From assembly GCF_009914755.1 (NCBI RefSeq), contig NC_060929.1: 64,000 bases of DNA; one strand, written 5' to 3'. The stretch is from the human T2T-CHM13v2.0 reference genome, Homo sapiens. The position numbers and the translations under genes are program-made. The notes beneath the pieces were generated by a model that was not told the DNA's origin, did not search any database, and was given only the letters and a program-made list of their open reading frames with translations. Positions 1 through 14,348 of the stretch are shown in pieces; positions within the stretch are counted from its first letter, which is position 1; each line of letters starts with the position of its first letter.

Positions 1-2264
1 CAGGTTTTGCCTTCCCTCATCCTCTTCCCAAGTCTTAGCAAGCCTCTAGCTCCACTGACTGATGTTTAACTCCACGTATCCTTCTGGACATCCAACCCAT
101 GCAATCCTTTTCTGTTGAGAAACTTCTGAGGCCTGTGATGACCTGAGACAAATGCAGAGAGGAACTTATACCTCCAGCCTCCTGAAAGTGGGTGTACATG
201 CCAACACTGGGGGCCTAAGTGAACCCCAACATTCCCAAGTTCCTGCAGAAGACTGAACCCGTGCAGGCTTAGATCCTAGGACTCTTAAACCTGATACTTA
301 ACTCTGTCTAGATTATTTGTAAACTCACTGCTGAAAGTACATGCCCACCAATACCCAGATGTGTGCATCTTGTGTGATTTCATCTGTTCTTCTATACTTT
401 TCTCTGAAAATACTGCTGTTCATCCCTAAATAGCCACATTAAATATACACTTGAGTTTAGAAAGGAAGCTCCAGGGCCACTAAAGAGTCACTGCTACTAC
501 TACTGGGGGATCAGCAATAGTCTGTAGGCTCCGGCTTCACACAGTCATAGCATCTTGCGTGTGAGATAACTTTAAAAGGGTATTTAGCCCATATTAATAT
601 ATATGGTATATTTTTGTAAAGGCTGGAGGACAGGAGAGGGGGACATTTTTATGAATGCTCTTTTATATCTTTGAATTTTAAATGAACTAAATGAATTTTA
701 AACCATGCATAAAAATAAATAAAAATTTAAAAGTCACAGATATGAACACTATTATGGTTTCAATGATGTCCTTTGAAAAGTAAAATAAGAAAAGTTGCTA
801 AGAGAAAAATAAAACTCATTGAATCAAACCCTGAGGGAGGAGATAGACTCATTCCTGTGATCACATAACTGCCATTAATTGCTCTGATCTTTAAATGACT
901 TGATTTTAGCTTAGGACATACCTATATCAAATATATATTCACCCTTACTTTCTGCTAAATATTTAACCAAAATCATCCCAATAAAGAAGAAACTTACATT
1001 ATTGGTTTGAAGATAAATTTTTTTAAATATTTAGCTTTTTGTAGGATTCTGAGTTATTTGGAGAATATGCAAAGATTTGAAATAGCTTTCAAACTTTAAT
1101 TCACTGATGTTGCCACTGCAATCTTCCAAAATTGAGTATAGTTTACTGCAACTATATGTATGGATTTCTGTTTTCTTTGCAGTTTTAAATTTGGAAGTCA
1201 ACCGTAAGAAATACCTGACACATATCATATAATATTTTAAAATAACATTTTTTTGAAAATTAAAGTTGAATAAACAAATTGATGATTTGATTAGGTAAAT
1301 TCAACACTTCCAATGAACGCATGTTAATCTCTGTTGAAAATTACCCTATGGAAACTGGAGCAAAAAAATTGCATCTTATATAATTAAAATATATAACTAG
1401 TTTAAACATATAATATAGAAGACAAATCATCACAATTACTGTCTTTATAGCCATTGCTGAATAGTTCACTTACTTAAGTTAAAATCTTAATGCATTTCCT
1501 TATATAAACTTCAATTCTGTAAATCCCTTGTTGTTACTATCATTAGGAAGGAAGGAAGGTCTGTTACTTTCACGCTAGTTATTGAGAAACCAAGTAACTT
1601 GAGAGAAGACATTTTTGAAGGTAGATATGCAGTGAAAAGCAGAGAAGACAGAATGAAATATTGTGTTTCCTAGGCTTATTTCGCTTCTACTAATAAAACA
1701 CTGGAAAGAAGCCACCAGAATTTTAAAGCAAATAATGTGGTAACAAATAAATTAATATGACTCTCTTTTTTTAATTTTTTTTTTTTAAGTTTCCAAAGGC
1801 CAGCCTCAGATGGCCGTGGGGAGCAATTAGAATTTGCTTCATGGCTTGTTGAATAACTTTGGTTTCTTCAGTCATTGATAAGTGGCAGGTGGGTGGGTAC
1901 AACACAGATACTATGAATAGTAGGCAGAAAGAGTTTGAGGAAAAGAGAGGGCATTTCATCAAGACTCCTCTGGTATTGGCAACTTTCACCAGCCAGTGCC
2001 CTGTTGGCGGCGGGGTGGGGGGTGGTTTATCCTCCCACCTTGGCAGATGGCAGGTGGTTTAGATGTGAGGCCTTCCTGGAGGGGGGTTGGATCATTCAGC
2101 CTCTAGATTATGCCATCTCCCCACCAGTCCAACTCCCGGAAGCCCGGCCCAGTTTTAGTGTCTCCTAGTGGTACCTTGGGGTTTTTGCAGGAGAAACAAG
2201 TCTACTTCTGAAGGTGGCAGCTTCAATTACATAGAAAAGTGGCACAACATAGTTACTAGGAACC

Positions 2265-2500
2265 CAGAGCTGTACAGATGGATTCAGTTCAAAACCTGGC
2301 TTTACTACTTACCAGCTGTATGATCTTGGGCATATGACTTAACCTCTTTTTTTGCCTCAGTTTCCTCATCTATAAAATGATAATAAGAGTACACACTTTT
2401 TATTATAAAGGGTGGCTGGAAGGACTAAATGAGTTAAAACATGAAATTCTTAAAACAAGGCCTTGCATACAGTCAGTGCCCACTAAATGCTTGCGATTAT
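2265..2500 (+). mobile_element. MIR SINE
   Basis: MIR core: cttaccagctgtatgatcttgggc...gcctcagtttcctcatctataaaatg...aaatgagttaa; edges approximate. Confidence 0.8.
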
Positions 2501-2959
2501 ATTAGCACTTATATGGAGAAACTGATCAACTGTAGAAAGCCCCATGTAAATGTCTGACAGCAGGAAGGCCTTGGTAAACACAGCCAAAGTGTCAAAACAC
2601 TCAGAAAAGAGATAAACTAGTAATGCGAATGTGACCTTTCCAGCACTTACGAAAAGCACAGTAATCAAAAACAACAAAAGCCATCAGAATAGTCTTACGA
2701 GACAGGATGAAATTTTTATGGTTAAGAGGCAAAAGCAGCAAACAGAAGTTTCTCCCCAGGCAGGGATTTGTTTTGTTCTGCTTAAACAAGTTAAGGTTAA
2801 AATTCCTAATGTTTTTAAATAGCACTAGATATTATTCTGTTTTAGTTCAAAACAAGGGGTCTAAAACAAGGGTAGGGCAGGAACAATCATCTTGAGCAGG
2901 ACTAGGTTTTCCAGCACTTTCGCTGGTCCCCTCCATCTGAAAGCCATGCTGGCCATACC

Positions 2960-3690
2960 TCCAAATTCCATCCTGAATCCAACACCTCTTCCACCTTGCT
3001 TGCTGTCACCTTGGCATGATCCACCCTCCCCTCTTGCTTGTACTTCCGATCAGCCTCCTACAAACCCTCTGCTTTCAGTCTTCAAGCCATTCTCCACACA
3101 GAAGCTGGGAAGAGCTCTCAAAGGCAATGCCAACCATGTTCCTACCCTGCTGAAAACCTCCCAATGAGTTAGGATGTTAGGCTCTCAAAGCACTTAACAG
3201 CCTAACTCCATCCCATGACCTCGGGCCCTCCTTGCTCTTTTCCCACCTTTCCCTCATTGCTTCTTACCTCGGGTCCAGCCACAATGGTTTCCTTTCTGTT
3301 TCCTGAACAACTCAGACCTTTTCCAGTCTTAGGACTTTTGCTGTTGTTCTTTCTGCCTGAAGCCTTCTTTCTGCCAGCTCTCGGCATGCTTTTCTTTTTA
3401 GTATTGATGTGCTAGCTTGAAGGGCACCTCCTCAGACAGTGCAACTTGTACAAGCTATTGAAAGCAGCCTTCAGCAAACTCTATTCCCTTCAGTTCATTG
3501 CATTTTTTTCATAGTACTGACTAATTTATTGGGTTTTATTTATTGTTTGTTTTTAGTGTGGATATCTGTTTCCTCTTACTGGAATCTAAACTACACTAGA
3601 GTAGGAACTTCATCCTTCTATCTCCAGCTCCTATAATGGGTCCTTGGAACAAAGCAGAACCTCCATAAACATTAGTTGAGTGAATAAAGA
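2960..3690 (+). mobile_element. L2 LINE 3' fragment
   Basis: Pyrimidine-rich L2-like body ending in ataaacattagttgagtgaataaa, the typical L2 3' terminus. Confidence 0.7.
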
Positions 3691-4584
3691 AATTCTGATG
3701 CCCATGATAGTTGACTAACAGGAGGCCTCTGTCCATCGTTCTCCCCTGCAATCTTTTTTCTTATTTTCTCCTAATCCCACAATCTCAGCACCCCAGAAAA
3801 CAAAATGCTACATCACCTTCTGTCCCCCAGCCTCTTCCATCAAATCTAATACAAAAACCTGGTTTCTTTTTGTTATTAATACAACCTTCTGAGGATCGGT
3901 GTATCAGACTTGGCTGGACCCTGGATAACTGATTCCAGAATCATTCTCAAAATCACAGATTCTTCCACATTTAGGATGACTTGGAATTGGCTTTTTCCAA
4001 ATCCAAATTTATGAGTACCCCAGCCTACTCTGATACTAAGTAGCTTCTGCAACCAAAATGATTTCCAGGGTCTGAGAGGGTGTTACACAGCCTAGTTATT
4101 TCTTGGCTAATTTACCTTGGTAAAGCCTACCCAATGACAGTCCCTGGAGACTACTGCTGTAATTATATTTTTAATAAGGGTGTGAACAGGAACAGAGTTA
4201 ATTGGCTTTAAAATGGCTGAGACAAGAAAGCAAGTCTTGGTTAACTAAAGATTAACATAGCAATTGGGAAATCTAATATATAGGTGGCAGGAAAGCTTAA
4301 CCTTTATCTTTCAGTCTCATAATTAATTAGCAAGCTTCTGGCAATGTGATTTCTAAATTGCACACAGAAAATTTTAGTGATGAGGCTACTGAGTGTGAGG
4401 TCTCTCTATAGAAGTAGCAAACTTAAATTATGCTCAAAATCATGTTTTTTAAAGAACAGAATGATGAAATTGCTACTCAACAAAAATATAGTTTGATGGT
4501 TTTCTGGGCCATGAGACTCTAAAACAAGGCAAAAGAAGAAATACAAATAAGTAATTAAGATTTGGATCATAGCTGACCAGTAGT

Positions 4585-4740
4585 AGCTCTTAGCCCTGGA
4601 TGCACATTATAAACCTGGAGAACTGTAAATAAATACGAATGTCCAGGCCCCTTCCCAGAATATTGATTCAGTGAGTCTATAGTTGTTTCTAAAGCTCCCT
4701 AGGTGATTCTCACGTGCAATCAGTGTGGAGCAACACTGTT
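4585..4740. mobile_element. MER5-type hAT-Charlie MITE
   Basis: gcacattataaacctggagaac...aagctccctaggtgattctcacgtgca MER5A-like motifs. Confidence 0.65.
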
Positions 4741-5009
4741 TAAGAGGCTTGCTTTTTGCTATTGCTAAAGCTTTTGGAAATTGTTTTAAATCAGTAATGG
4801 ATTTTGAGACAGAGAAAAGAAAACCCAACCATTTGGGAATGGTACAAATTGACCTATCTTTTTGTCTAAAGAGGCTGTATTGCCAAGACTCTGGCTTTTT
4901 CCCCGCACTGTCCTTCAGAAGAACCTCCGTCCCCAGCCCTAGTCTCACCGTGGGCAGTGAACCCAGAAGCTCCCAACACATATAAAGGATTCTTTAAAAT
5001 GTAGCTGTT

Positions 5010-5339
<330 letters not shown>

Positions 5340-6254
5340 TCAGGGGTGTAGCAAAAAGCTGATATCCTTTCAGTGAACAAGAGCTTCAGAGAAGGGAAAT
5401 CAGAACAGCCGTAAAGTGTGGGGCTAGGAGCAGTGGAATAGCAACCAGAGTCTTCACTTCCCAGATGTTAGAGTGGATAAACTATAAATATGCAAGGCCA
5501 AACTTCACTAGACTGAGAGCTCCCAGGCATCAGGGACGGGGCTCTCGGGACCACTGTGACTGCCTATGGGTCATTGACACTCAGATAATCACAGTGTTGG
5601 CAGCTTAGGGAAACCAGTCATCTTCACCTACTGATCTGTGACACTGATTCATTCATGTAAGAAATAACATTCTAACACCAACAGGAGAGTGGGTAGACTC
5701 CCATTGGGAGTTTAATAAGGTATGTGGAATTCAGTGGCTGGAAATTCTAATTTCACCTCCCTGAGAATTCTCATTTCACCTTCATCACCAGCTAGTCTCC
5801 TGGCCCAAGGCAAGTAATTAAACTCCATTTCTCAATTTGTAAAGTTGGAGAGGTGAGGGAAGATTGCAGATGCTTATAAAATAGCTACTGTGGGCATTAT
5901 TAGGCATGATAATAAAGCCCTTGGCAATGATTACAAAAAGCCTGGTAGAAACAAGCTCCTGTGAGATGCCCATTGTGCCCCACTTAGCTAGGATCCACTA
6001 TAGGACACCCCCAAAGTACACAGAGGACAAGAGTAGGCAGCTGGTTACAAAGGCTTTCAGCCACATCATCCAAGTAGACAGAATCACCACGAGGAATTAT
6101 CTGTGAATTTAAAAGACTACATACAAATGTGCATGTATATACAGTTTCTACAAATTAAAGGTCACACTCTTGGTTGTCCATTTAATCTCCTTTAAAAGAT
6201 TACTTCTTTCATTTTATGTCCCATGACTATGATATAAAAATCTTGGTTTTTGCT

Positions 6255-6465
6255 CAGTGATTCTCAACTCTGACTTCACATTAGAATATTCTGGGAAATT
6301 GAGACAGAAACAAAAACAAAACAAAATCAATCAGAAACACCACTGAGACCAGTCCCCAGTCTTAAACTAATTAAATGGAAGCTCTGGAGTGGGGCTGAGG
6401 CATTTGTAATTTTTAAAAGCTTCTCAGGTGATTCTGATGTAAAGCTCAGATCTGGAGCCACTGGA
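6255..6465. mobile_element. MER5-type MITE
   Basis: cagtgattctcaac...ttagaat...aaaagcttctcaggtgattctgatg...ccactg. Confidence 0.65.
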
Positions 6466-6934
6466 TTAAGCCAACTGTTCTTTTCCACATCACCCACCCC
6501 CGAACCCATGTACATTTCCACTGCCACACCACTGTGCATTTTTTCTTATGTGAGGTGGCTCTCTCCTTCTCTCCTTGTGTCTTTAGGCTTCCAGCCCTCA
6601 ATGCCCATTTTCTACTTTGTCTTTCTTAATATACCTTAGAGGTTATGGGCATGCTGCCCTCCAGAATTGCAAAACTTTGTTTGCATCATTTATGTAACAC
6701 TTAGAAAATGTTCTTTACATGCTACTGGTCTTTTATGTTTCTGTCCACCTTCCCAACTAGGAACTATGCTCCTCCAGAGCAAGAACCATGTTTTATTCTT
6801 CTATTTTCCCCGTGGAGTCTAGCATAGATTTCCTGGCTTACACAATGCTGAAAAATATGTGTTGCTGTTGATGTAGAAATATTACCAGGGCAGCCCTAGA
6901 GAAATAGCTGGGAAAGCTCATTATTTTCTTAAAT

Positions 6935-7423
6935 TGTTATCTTCCCTAGTTTCTTTATCTATAGATACTCTTGCTTAAAGAACTCCAGATGGCCTGGGAT
7001 GTCGCAGGAGCTTGGTGATCCTTTGCCAAATACAAGAGGCCTGCAGGAAACCAGTGCAAACCAGAACTGGCTACCCCTTGTTCCGTTTAGGTCATTAACA
7101 TAGCGTTACAATGCTGGGCTCCCCACCCCTAGAAGAAAACTGCCGCCATTTTCTCTCCATAGGACGCATGGAGAAACATGTTTATCTGTGTCTGTGCCTC
7201 TGTACTTTCTCCCTGCATGTGTTTACATAGCTCCCCGCCCCACATCTAACTCATCACAATCCTGCAGCTTCCCACAGCTAGGGAGAAGGTGACTTTTTAG
7301 AGCAAGAGGTCTCTCATTTTCCATTTCTGGCCAGTGAATAAAACCAGCTTGTCCTTTTTCAATTGGGTGTTCTCTCTCTGGAACCTATACAGACTAGAGA
7401 AAGAACTCAGTCTACCAGTGACA
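6935..7423 (+). mobile_element. Probable solo ERV LTR, family not assigned
   Basis: TG...CA ends (tgttat...gtgaca), AATAAA at ~7337, YY1-like gccgccatttt at 7142; no TSD found. Confidence 0.55.
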
Positions 7424-8494
7424 GATACACTAAGATTCATTCTTGTCAGCTTCTTTACTGCCATTTCCCCCAGATTTGGATTTCAAGTGGAAATGAACAA
7501 ATGTTATTCCAAGAGAATCTTACATAATGTTTTGCTCCAGCTACATAAAGGCAACTCCTCCCTGCAGGCACATGTCTAGAGATGCCATTTGTATTCAGGT
7601 TATCAATCATAACCATGGCCAATTTGTACAGCACATTTCACCATTAGCATTTTTTGTGGCATTATCTCATCAACACCAAACTTACTACAGGAAGTAAGGG
7701 AGAAAGTTGGGGGAAAAAAGGGAGAGAGAGGGTAACATGCAAACCAGTAGAGTACACAAAAGCAGAATCCAGGTCTTTGCTCTTCAGAGGCTTTCTCCAG
7801 CAATACCAGAATCTGACTGCTCTTTTTTTTGAAATAAATGAAACTGCAGGAAAAAAAATATATCTTTATTTCATTGACATATTTGAGGGCCACTTTAGCT
7901 AGTGGACAAAAGAAAGAAACCAAAGGTGGTCTTTTGTGATGCCCCTGGAGTAGCCCTTCTGGCAACTGGGACTACTTTTTGTTCATGCTGTTTTAAGCAA
8001 GAGGACAGGGAGAAACATTTATTACTGCATGAGGTTACTTATTTAATGAGCTTTGCACAAAAACATGAAGCTCTAGTTGTCTCCTCGTCTGATTTTACAA
8101 AGTGCCCAAAACTACAAAGACAATGTACTAGGAAGTGATTTAAAGGTAAAACTTTAAATCCAGATTTAAAATGACCCTTTCATTGTAGGACGTTTGAAAG
8201 CCTCTTGAGATTTACCTGAGTGAGAGGATTGGTCTTGGTGATGAATATAATCACTGAGTCTATTTTATCAGATCCCAAAGTGACATGGTATAGTGGACTT
8301 CAAATGATCACCTGCTAACCAGCAGCATGAGGGTGGGGGAGAAGGAAGAGGGACCTCTTTTCTCTCGTGCTTCACCAAATAACTGAATATGGGGGCAGAT
8401 GAGAAGGAGCCTGACACAAGAACAGAGGAAGAAGTCACGTTTGGAAGAAGGGGGAAAAAGGTCCTATCATGTATTTGTCAACTTATTAGTCTAG

Positions 8495-9118
<624 letters not shown>

Positions 9119-9249
9119 GTAGGTGCACTAACTGGAATTTGGGACATCAAATACAAATCGTTGTCAGCATTCAGCTACTTAATTTACTTTTGATATTCTC
9201 CTTCTATCGGCTTCCTTACTTTCTCCAAAAGACATTATCTCAAAGCCCA

Positions 9250-9485
9250 CATGCTGTGTTAGCAAGTAGTTGTGGGCTTTGGAGTGAAATAGACTAAGGG
9301 ATTCAAATACCAGCTTCATAACCTTGGACTAGCTCCATAACCTTGGACTAGCTCCTTAACCTTGATGACTCTTGGTTTCTTCAACTGTAAAATAAAAACA
9401 AAAATAGCTAACTCACCAGATCATTGGGAAGATAAACAGAGTATACAGCACAGCTTAGAATAGTATAGTAGGCATTCAAATAATA
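9250..9485 (+). mobile_element. MIR SINE with internal 19-bp tandem duplication
   Basis: gggctttggagtgaaatagac...ggtttcttcaactgtaaaat. Confidence 0.65.
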
Positions 9486-9589
9486 ATTCCCCCTATATAC
9501 AAGTCAACTTCTAAAGGGCCCATCTTCAGACTTTAAGCTTTACTGCTTCATTTACTCCAATTTAAGAACTTTCTCTTGAGAGTTCTGCT

Positions 9590-9936
9590 AAGGTAGCCCT
9601 TTCCCTAGACTTTCACAGGGCTGGCTCCCTTTTTGAAAATGCGGGTTTAAGTTCAAGGGTATCCTTTGTATGGCAGTCTTCTCTGACTTCCCTGTTGAAA
9701 GTTGCTCCCACGCCCTGTCCCTCTGTAGCCTTCAGCCTCTATTTTCTTCATAGCATTTATCAGTATCTGAAATGATTTTATTTATGTATTTGTTCACCCG
9801 ACTGTTTTCTGTCACTCTCTCTGGCATAGAAGCTCCACAAGGGCTGGGATCCTGTGTGTCTCATTCCCCACTGTGTCATCAAGTGCCCAGCACAAAACAG
9901 AGCTCAGCAAATGCTTGTCGAATAAATGAATGAAAA
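9590..9936 (+). mobile_element. L2 3' end
   Basis: gtgcccagcac...gctcagcaaatgcttgtcgaataaatgaatgaa terminus. Confidence 0.75.
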
Positions 9937-10294
9937 CGTGCTCAGCACAGGGAGGTAAAGGTAAGTGGTGTTCTGATTCTAAAGGTGGTAGAGAATGAAC
10001 ATTCCAGAGCTCTGTTTAACTAAAAGGATTACCAAGGAAGTCAGTGACAGAGCGCCAGCCTCACCTGCTAATGTTGGATATTGCCAATCTTGAGTCTAAT
10101 GGCTGGGCTTGGGAAGGGTCAGGAATATTATCCTCCCATAGGTGATCTTGTTGTTGCTACCCGTTAATATGTATCACAAGCCAAGCACATGTTCACACCA
10201 CTTAAAAGCACCCACTAGATTTGGCTATTCCTGCCTTTTAGAAGAATCTTAATCCGGTTGGCTGATGCAAGTGCCTGATATTGGGGAGCTTGGG

Positions 10295-10550
10295 AGCACT
10301 GGGTAGTGGAAAAAGAGTGGGTGCCAAAGTCAGACAGACCTGGGCTTGGATCCTGGTTCTGCCTTTCCTGAGCTAGGCGGATGTGGGGTGTGGGGTTGGG
10401 GGGTGTATGTACATTTCCATGTTTCAGTTTCTTTACTGGTAAAGCTTTAAATGATAACTCATACTCTGCAATCTTGCTATGAGAATTAATTGAGGCAATG
10501 TGTGAAAGTGCTTAGCACATCTTAAAGGCTCAGTAAATAGTAGGCATGAA
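10295..10550 (+). mobile_element. MIR SINE
   Basis: agtcagacagacctgggcttggatcctggttctgcc...gtgaaagtgcttagcac. Confidence 0.7.
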
Positions 10551-11109
10551 TATTGCTATCTTTGCATGCAGGAATACCTCACCAAAGTATACTGATAGAT
10601 CTTTGGCTACTCTGTGGATATCCAATTTCCTTTTAAGTTTCCGATGTTTCCTTCTTTCATTGCTACATCATCTGACCACTTGCAATGGAGGCACCAGGAC
10701 CCCATGGAGAGAGAGTACATGCTGAGTTGGCTACATCTGTGCCAAACTGTGAAAGATGACAATGGAGATATTTCTCTCTACAGTTTCTGAAGATGGACCC
10801 AGCCACAACACTTCTTTCCATGCCTGGCTGTTTTTAGCTGCAGGCACAGCACTAGCTGTTTTGTACTCAAGATTATGGGTCAAAAGAGAACTGAGAGACA
10901 GGTCAAGTATCCACGCCGGTCTGGACATACTTTACTTGCCGGCAATACATAGTGCTCTCCTTGACACTGCACAATTCGAACAGCCAGTCTGACTCTGTAT
11001 TCTGAGGCCACCACTCCTTTTTGTGCATAACTAGACCAGAACTAATTTTACTCATTCTTCTACTAATGTAAGCCCCATAGGAGAGAGAGAGTAAGCTGTT
11101 CTTAAAAGC

Positions 11110-11345
11110 ATGAGACTATTGAACACTTATTTATGGTGCCACATTAATATTAAGAAAAAGTTTATCATTGACTATGGGCTAGGCATGATTCATAGTATTT
11201 CCATTCTCCCAACAACCATGCAAAAAAAAAAAAAAAAAAAGCATTATTTTCATTGTGCTGACAGGAAAAGTGAAGCTCAGGAAAACTCAGAGGCTTGCTC
11301 AGTGTGGGAGTCAAGATCTGAAGCCCAGTCTGTTGAGCTCCAAAG
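11110..11345 (-). mobile_element. MIR SINE with an internal A-run
   Basis: acaggaaaagtgaagctcag...atctgaagcccagtctg...ctccaaagcc. Confidence 0.6.
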
Positions 11346-12479
11346 CCCTGTGTGTTTTCTGATGTGCCTTGCTGGCACTGCTAGTGGAACACCCAGGGTC
11401 CCCAGAGATGTGAGTCCTTAGTCCTCTAAAGGCAAAGTACAGAGGTTCAAAAGAATATGGCTGCCTACTCATACTATGCCTCAGGGAGCAAAGACTGCTT
11501 CATTTCCAAACAAAGCCTTGGCCTCCCTGCCATCCAGCTAGGTGACCTGAAGAGCACTCTGATTCAGACAGCGATCCTCTTTAGATGGCTCTCCAGGGTT
11601 GGTGGGACTGAAAATTCTAGGGGTAAGGACTGTCACCTTAGGAGAGTCATTAAAAAGGGTTGTGAGGAGGGGTCCCCTGGAGTCAGAGGCTGGTAGAGCT
11701 CTGGAGAGAGCATGTGGGGAGCTCACCCATGACAGGGGAGCTGTCTCCTTCAGCAGCGTGGCTGACTCCAGACCCCCAAGAAGGCTGTGGATTACTCCCA
11801 CAGTCAGCCCAACCAGCAGCAAGGAGTTGGCTGGGTGGTCTTGATACAGGAGGAGGAATAAGGGATTGTCACCTGGGATTCAGGCATGGCTTTCAGGGAG
11901 TATCCACAAACCCTCAGGGATTGCATGTAAAATTTTATGTACATGCCATATGCATTTTCCCCCAGGAAGAGGACTCACAGCTAATTCTCAAAAGGACCTA
12001 TCACCCCTAATTTTTAAGAACCACTGAAATTAATATTTTCATCTGCTCCTCTCTTGCACTATTCAGCACTTCCACCTCATTAAACATTTATATATATATT
12101 ATATATATTTCTATAATATATATATATAATTAATTAATTCCCTAAACTTTGCAGAAAAAAAATCGAAGCCCAGAGAGGGTAAGTTTCTTGCCCAAGTTTG
12201 CACAGCTGATGGTCAGGATTGGGATTAGCAGCACTTCCCTGGTCAAGTGAAGCACGATTTCAGGTGGGAAATCTTGCCCGGTCAACTTGACAAATGAAGA
12301 CAAAGTGATCCCTCCAGACTAATAATAATGTTTTGCAACCATTTTCAAGTCCAGTCATAGAATCCCCTACGTTGCTTGTTTTCAGGGCAGTGTGGGTTGC
12401 TTCCCCAGGATACAGGTAGAGGTCACTAAAAGGATAGTTTTCTACTCAAAGAGCCAGAACTCCAGCCCTTGCCTTCCCC

Positions 12480-13620
12480 TGCCGTAGCACTCGGGCCGGC
12501 CCTCCAGTTACCTGAGTTTGCCTGACTTTAACCAACTCCTCTTCCCTTCCCTCCTCCCTTCTCCAGCGGGCTCTCCTTCCAGCTTCCTCCCGGGCTGCAA
12601 TTCCTCTGCCTAGGTGCCTCCGTCCAGCTCCGGCTTCTGGCCCGGAGGCTGCTCATCTGCCCCTACCCCCGCTGACTTTTGGGAGGAGCAACACCTTTCA
12701 GGTCAGCATTGCTAACCCTAAACTTTCCCCGCCGGATGCCCGCGAGGCTGCTGCGGCGGCGGCTGCTGCTGATGGGAGAGTCTCGAGTCCGGCTTTCATC
12801 ACATCACCTGTCTGCGCCCCTTCCCCCTCCCCGCTCTTTTTTTCTTTTCTTTTTATTTTGACGCAAATAATTTGCATTCTGAGAATCCCACAATCAACGC
12901 CGAAACTCATGCTCAAGGATACAGGTGAAGATGCCTTTGACAAAGGCGAATGCGAGCCGAGTGCAGTTTGTAAAAGCTGGGGTTGGGGGCAGTGGTGGAG
13001 GCAAAGCACCTTAAGAGTATTTTTTAGCCCCTCTGAGAAGGGACATCCGGGCGGGAGGCGGGCGGATCCCGGGCTTCCCCGCCGGCTGCCGACTCTGGCT
13101 CCTGGCTGGCGTTCTCTCCAGGAGCCCGCGCCGGTGGCCCCGCTCTCCCCTTCAGCACGCGGGCCTCGAACCCGCATCCCGGAGAGCGGCCGCCCGCGCA
13201 GCCCCTGCCGCGCGCCGTCGGAGGCGGCCTCAGCTCGCCATGGGTACTCACTTTTGCCAGGGAGCAAAGTCTGCCACATCAGTCGATGAGTACTTCCTGC
13301 ACGAGGACATGAAGCTCCATTGTGTGGAAAGCTGTTTCGCGAACGGTCGGTAAAATCCAGAAAGAGGGAGAAGGAGTGAGTAAGGCAGAAAGCCCAGCCC
13401 AGAAAACCGGCGTCTGGGGATTTCAGCCTCCGCTCCCCGGTCCCCAGCCCGGTGGCTCTGTGAGAAGAAGCTCAACTCGGTGCACTTGTTCACTCTTTCT
13501 TCATGAGAGGAGGAGTCAGTGTTGCAACATTTATGTTCCTTGCTGGAGGCAAAACAGTGATTTTCTTCAGCATGCAAAACGTCCAGAGCCTGCCAGTTTT
13601 AGAAGGCGACGGAGGTAGTT
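12480..13620. promoter_or_regulatory. CpG island promoter
   Basis: Dense unmutated CpG and high GC against a CpG-depleted background; GC boxes (gggcgg) at ~13049-13063. Confidence 0.9.
12512..12790 (-). other. Probable non-coding first exon (5'UTR) of a minus-strand gene; TSS position uncertain
   Basis: Donor CTCAG|GTAACT at 12512/12511 at the island edge; purine-rich leader; no coding exon seen in 1-12.5 kb, implying a long first intron. From memory it resembles the 5' end of SLC7A14, but this is unverified, so no symbol is given. Confidence 0.6.
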
Positions 13621-14348
13621 GGGGGAGCTGGAATCCTGCGAAGACCTGAAGAAACAACTGATTCCCCCCAGATCGGTTTTGCATGATTAGGGCCACATAT
13701 CTTTCATTGAGACTGTACCAGAAAATAGACAGACAAAACAATAATAAAAATGACTTAGTGAGTTGAATGACCTCAAAGATGATATTTTTCCAGGCAGCCA
13801 AGATGTGGAGTGTCTCCGTGTCAAATTTCTTTCCTTATTTCTGAGTAACATTGAACAGCAGCTATATTTGAGAGGTTCTCCAGGGATTTGAATTGCACCT
13901 TGCCTGAGGAGTCAGATAGAAAGGAGCAAAAGAAGATAGTCAGTGACCTAAGAAGGTTTTGCTTTTTTTTTTTTTTAATACCCAAAGCGCAAACTTCTAG
14001 TGTGCTGTGTTTATTCTCTGCCATATGAATATAATAAACATTGGCGGTGCCTAAATAGCCCCACTTCTGTTGTTTTCCACAAATAAAGAATTTATCTTTT
14101 CTAATGGGCTGCATGTTGTTCTGACTTTTCTTCTTCTTGAAACCACACACAACCGCCTTTTCTCTTGCAAAAACAAAAACCCCACATTTAACAGTGCTGA
14201 AACAAATAATAGCACCTGCCTGAATCAAATAGTTATTTCTGACTATGTATGTTGCTGGTGTCATTTGATGCCATAATAATTAATGCATCCGATTGTTACA
14301 CAACCCAGAGGGCCACCAAGGAAATACTTTAAACCAAGGTTACTGAGG

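Noticed and set aside
1031-1228. 65-aa minus ORF as a possible exon or transposase remnant
   Set aside because: No good polypyrimidine acceptor and no recognisable motif
12698-13289. 193-aa (-) and 143-aa (+) ORFs across the CpG island
   Set aside because: Low-complexity G/R/A/P-rich products expected from stop-poor GC-rich DNA; no recognisable domain
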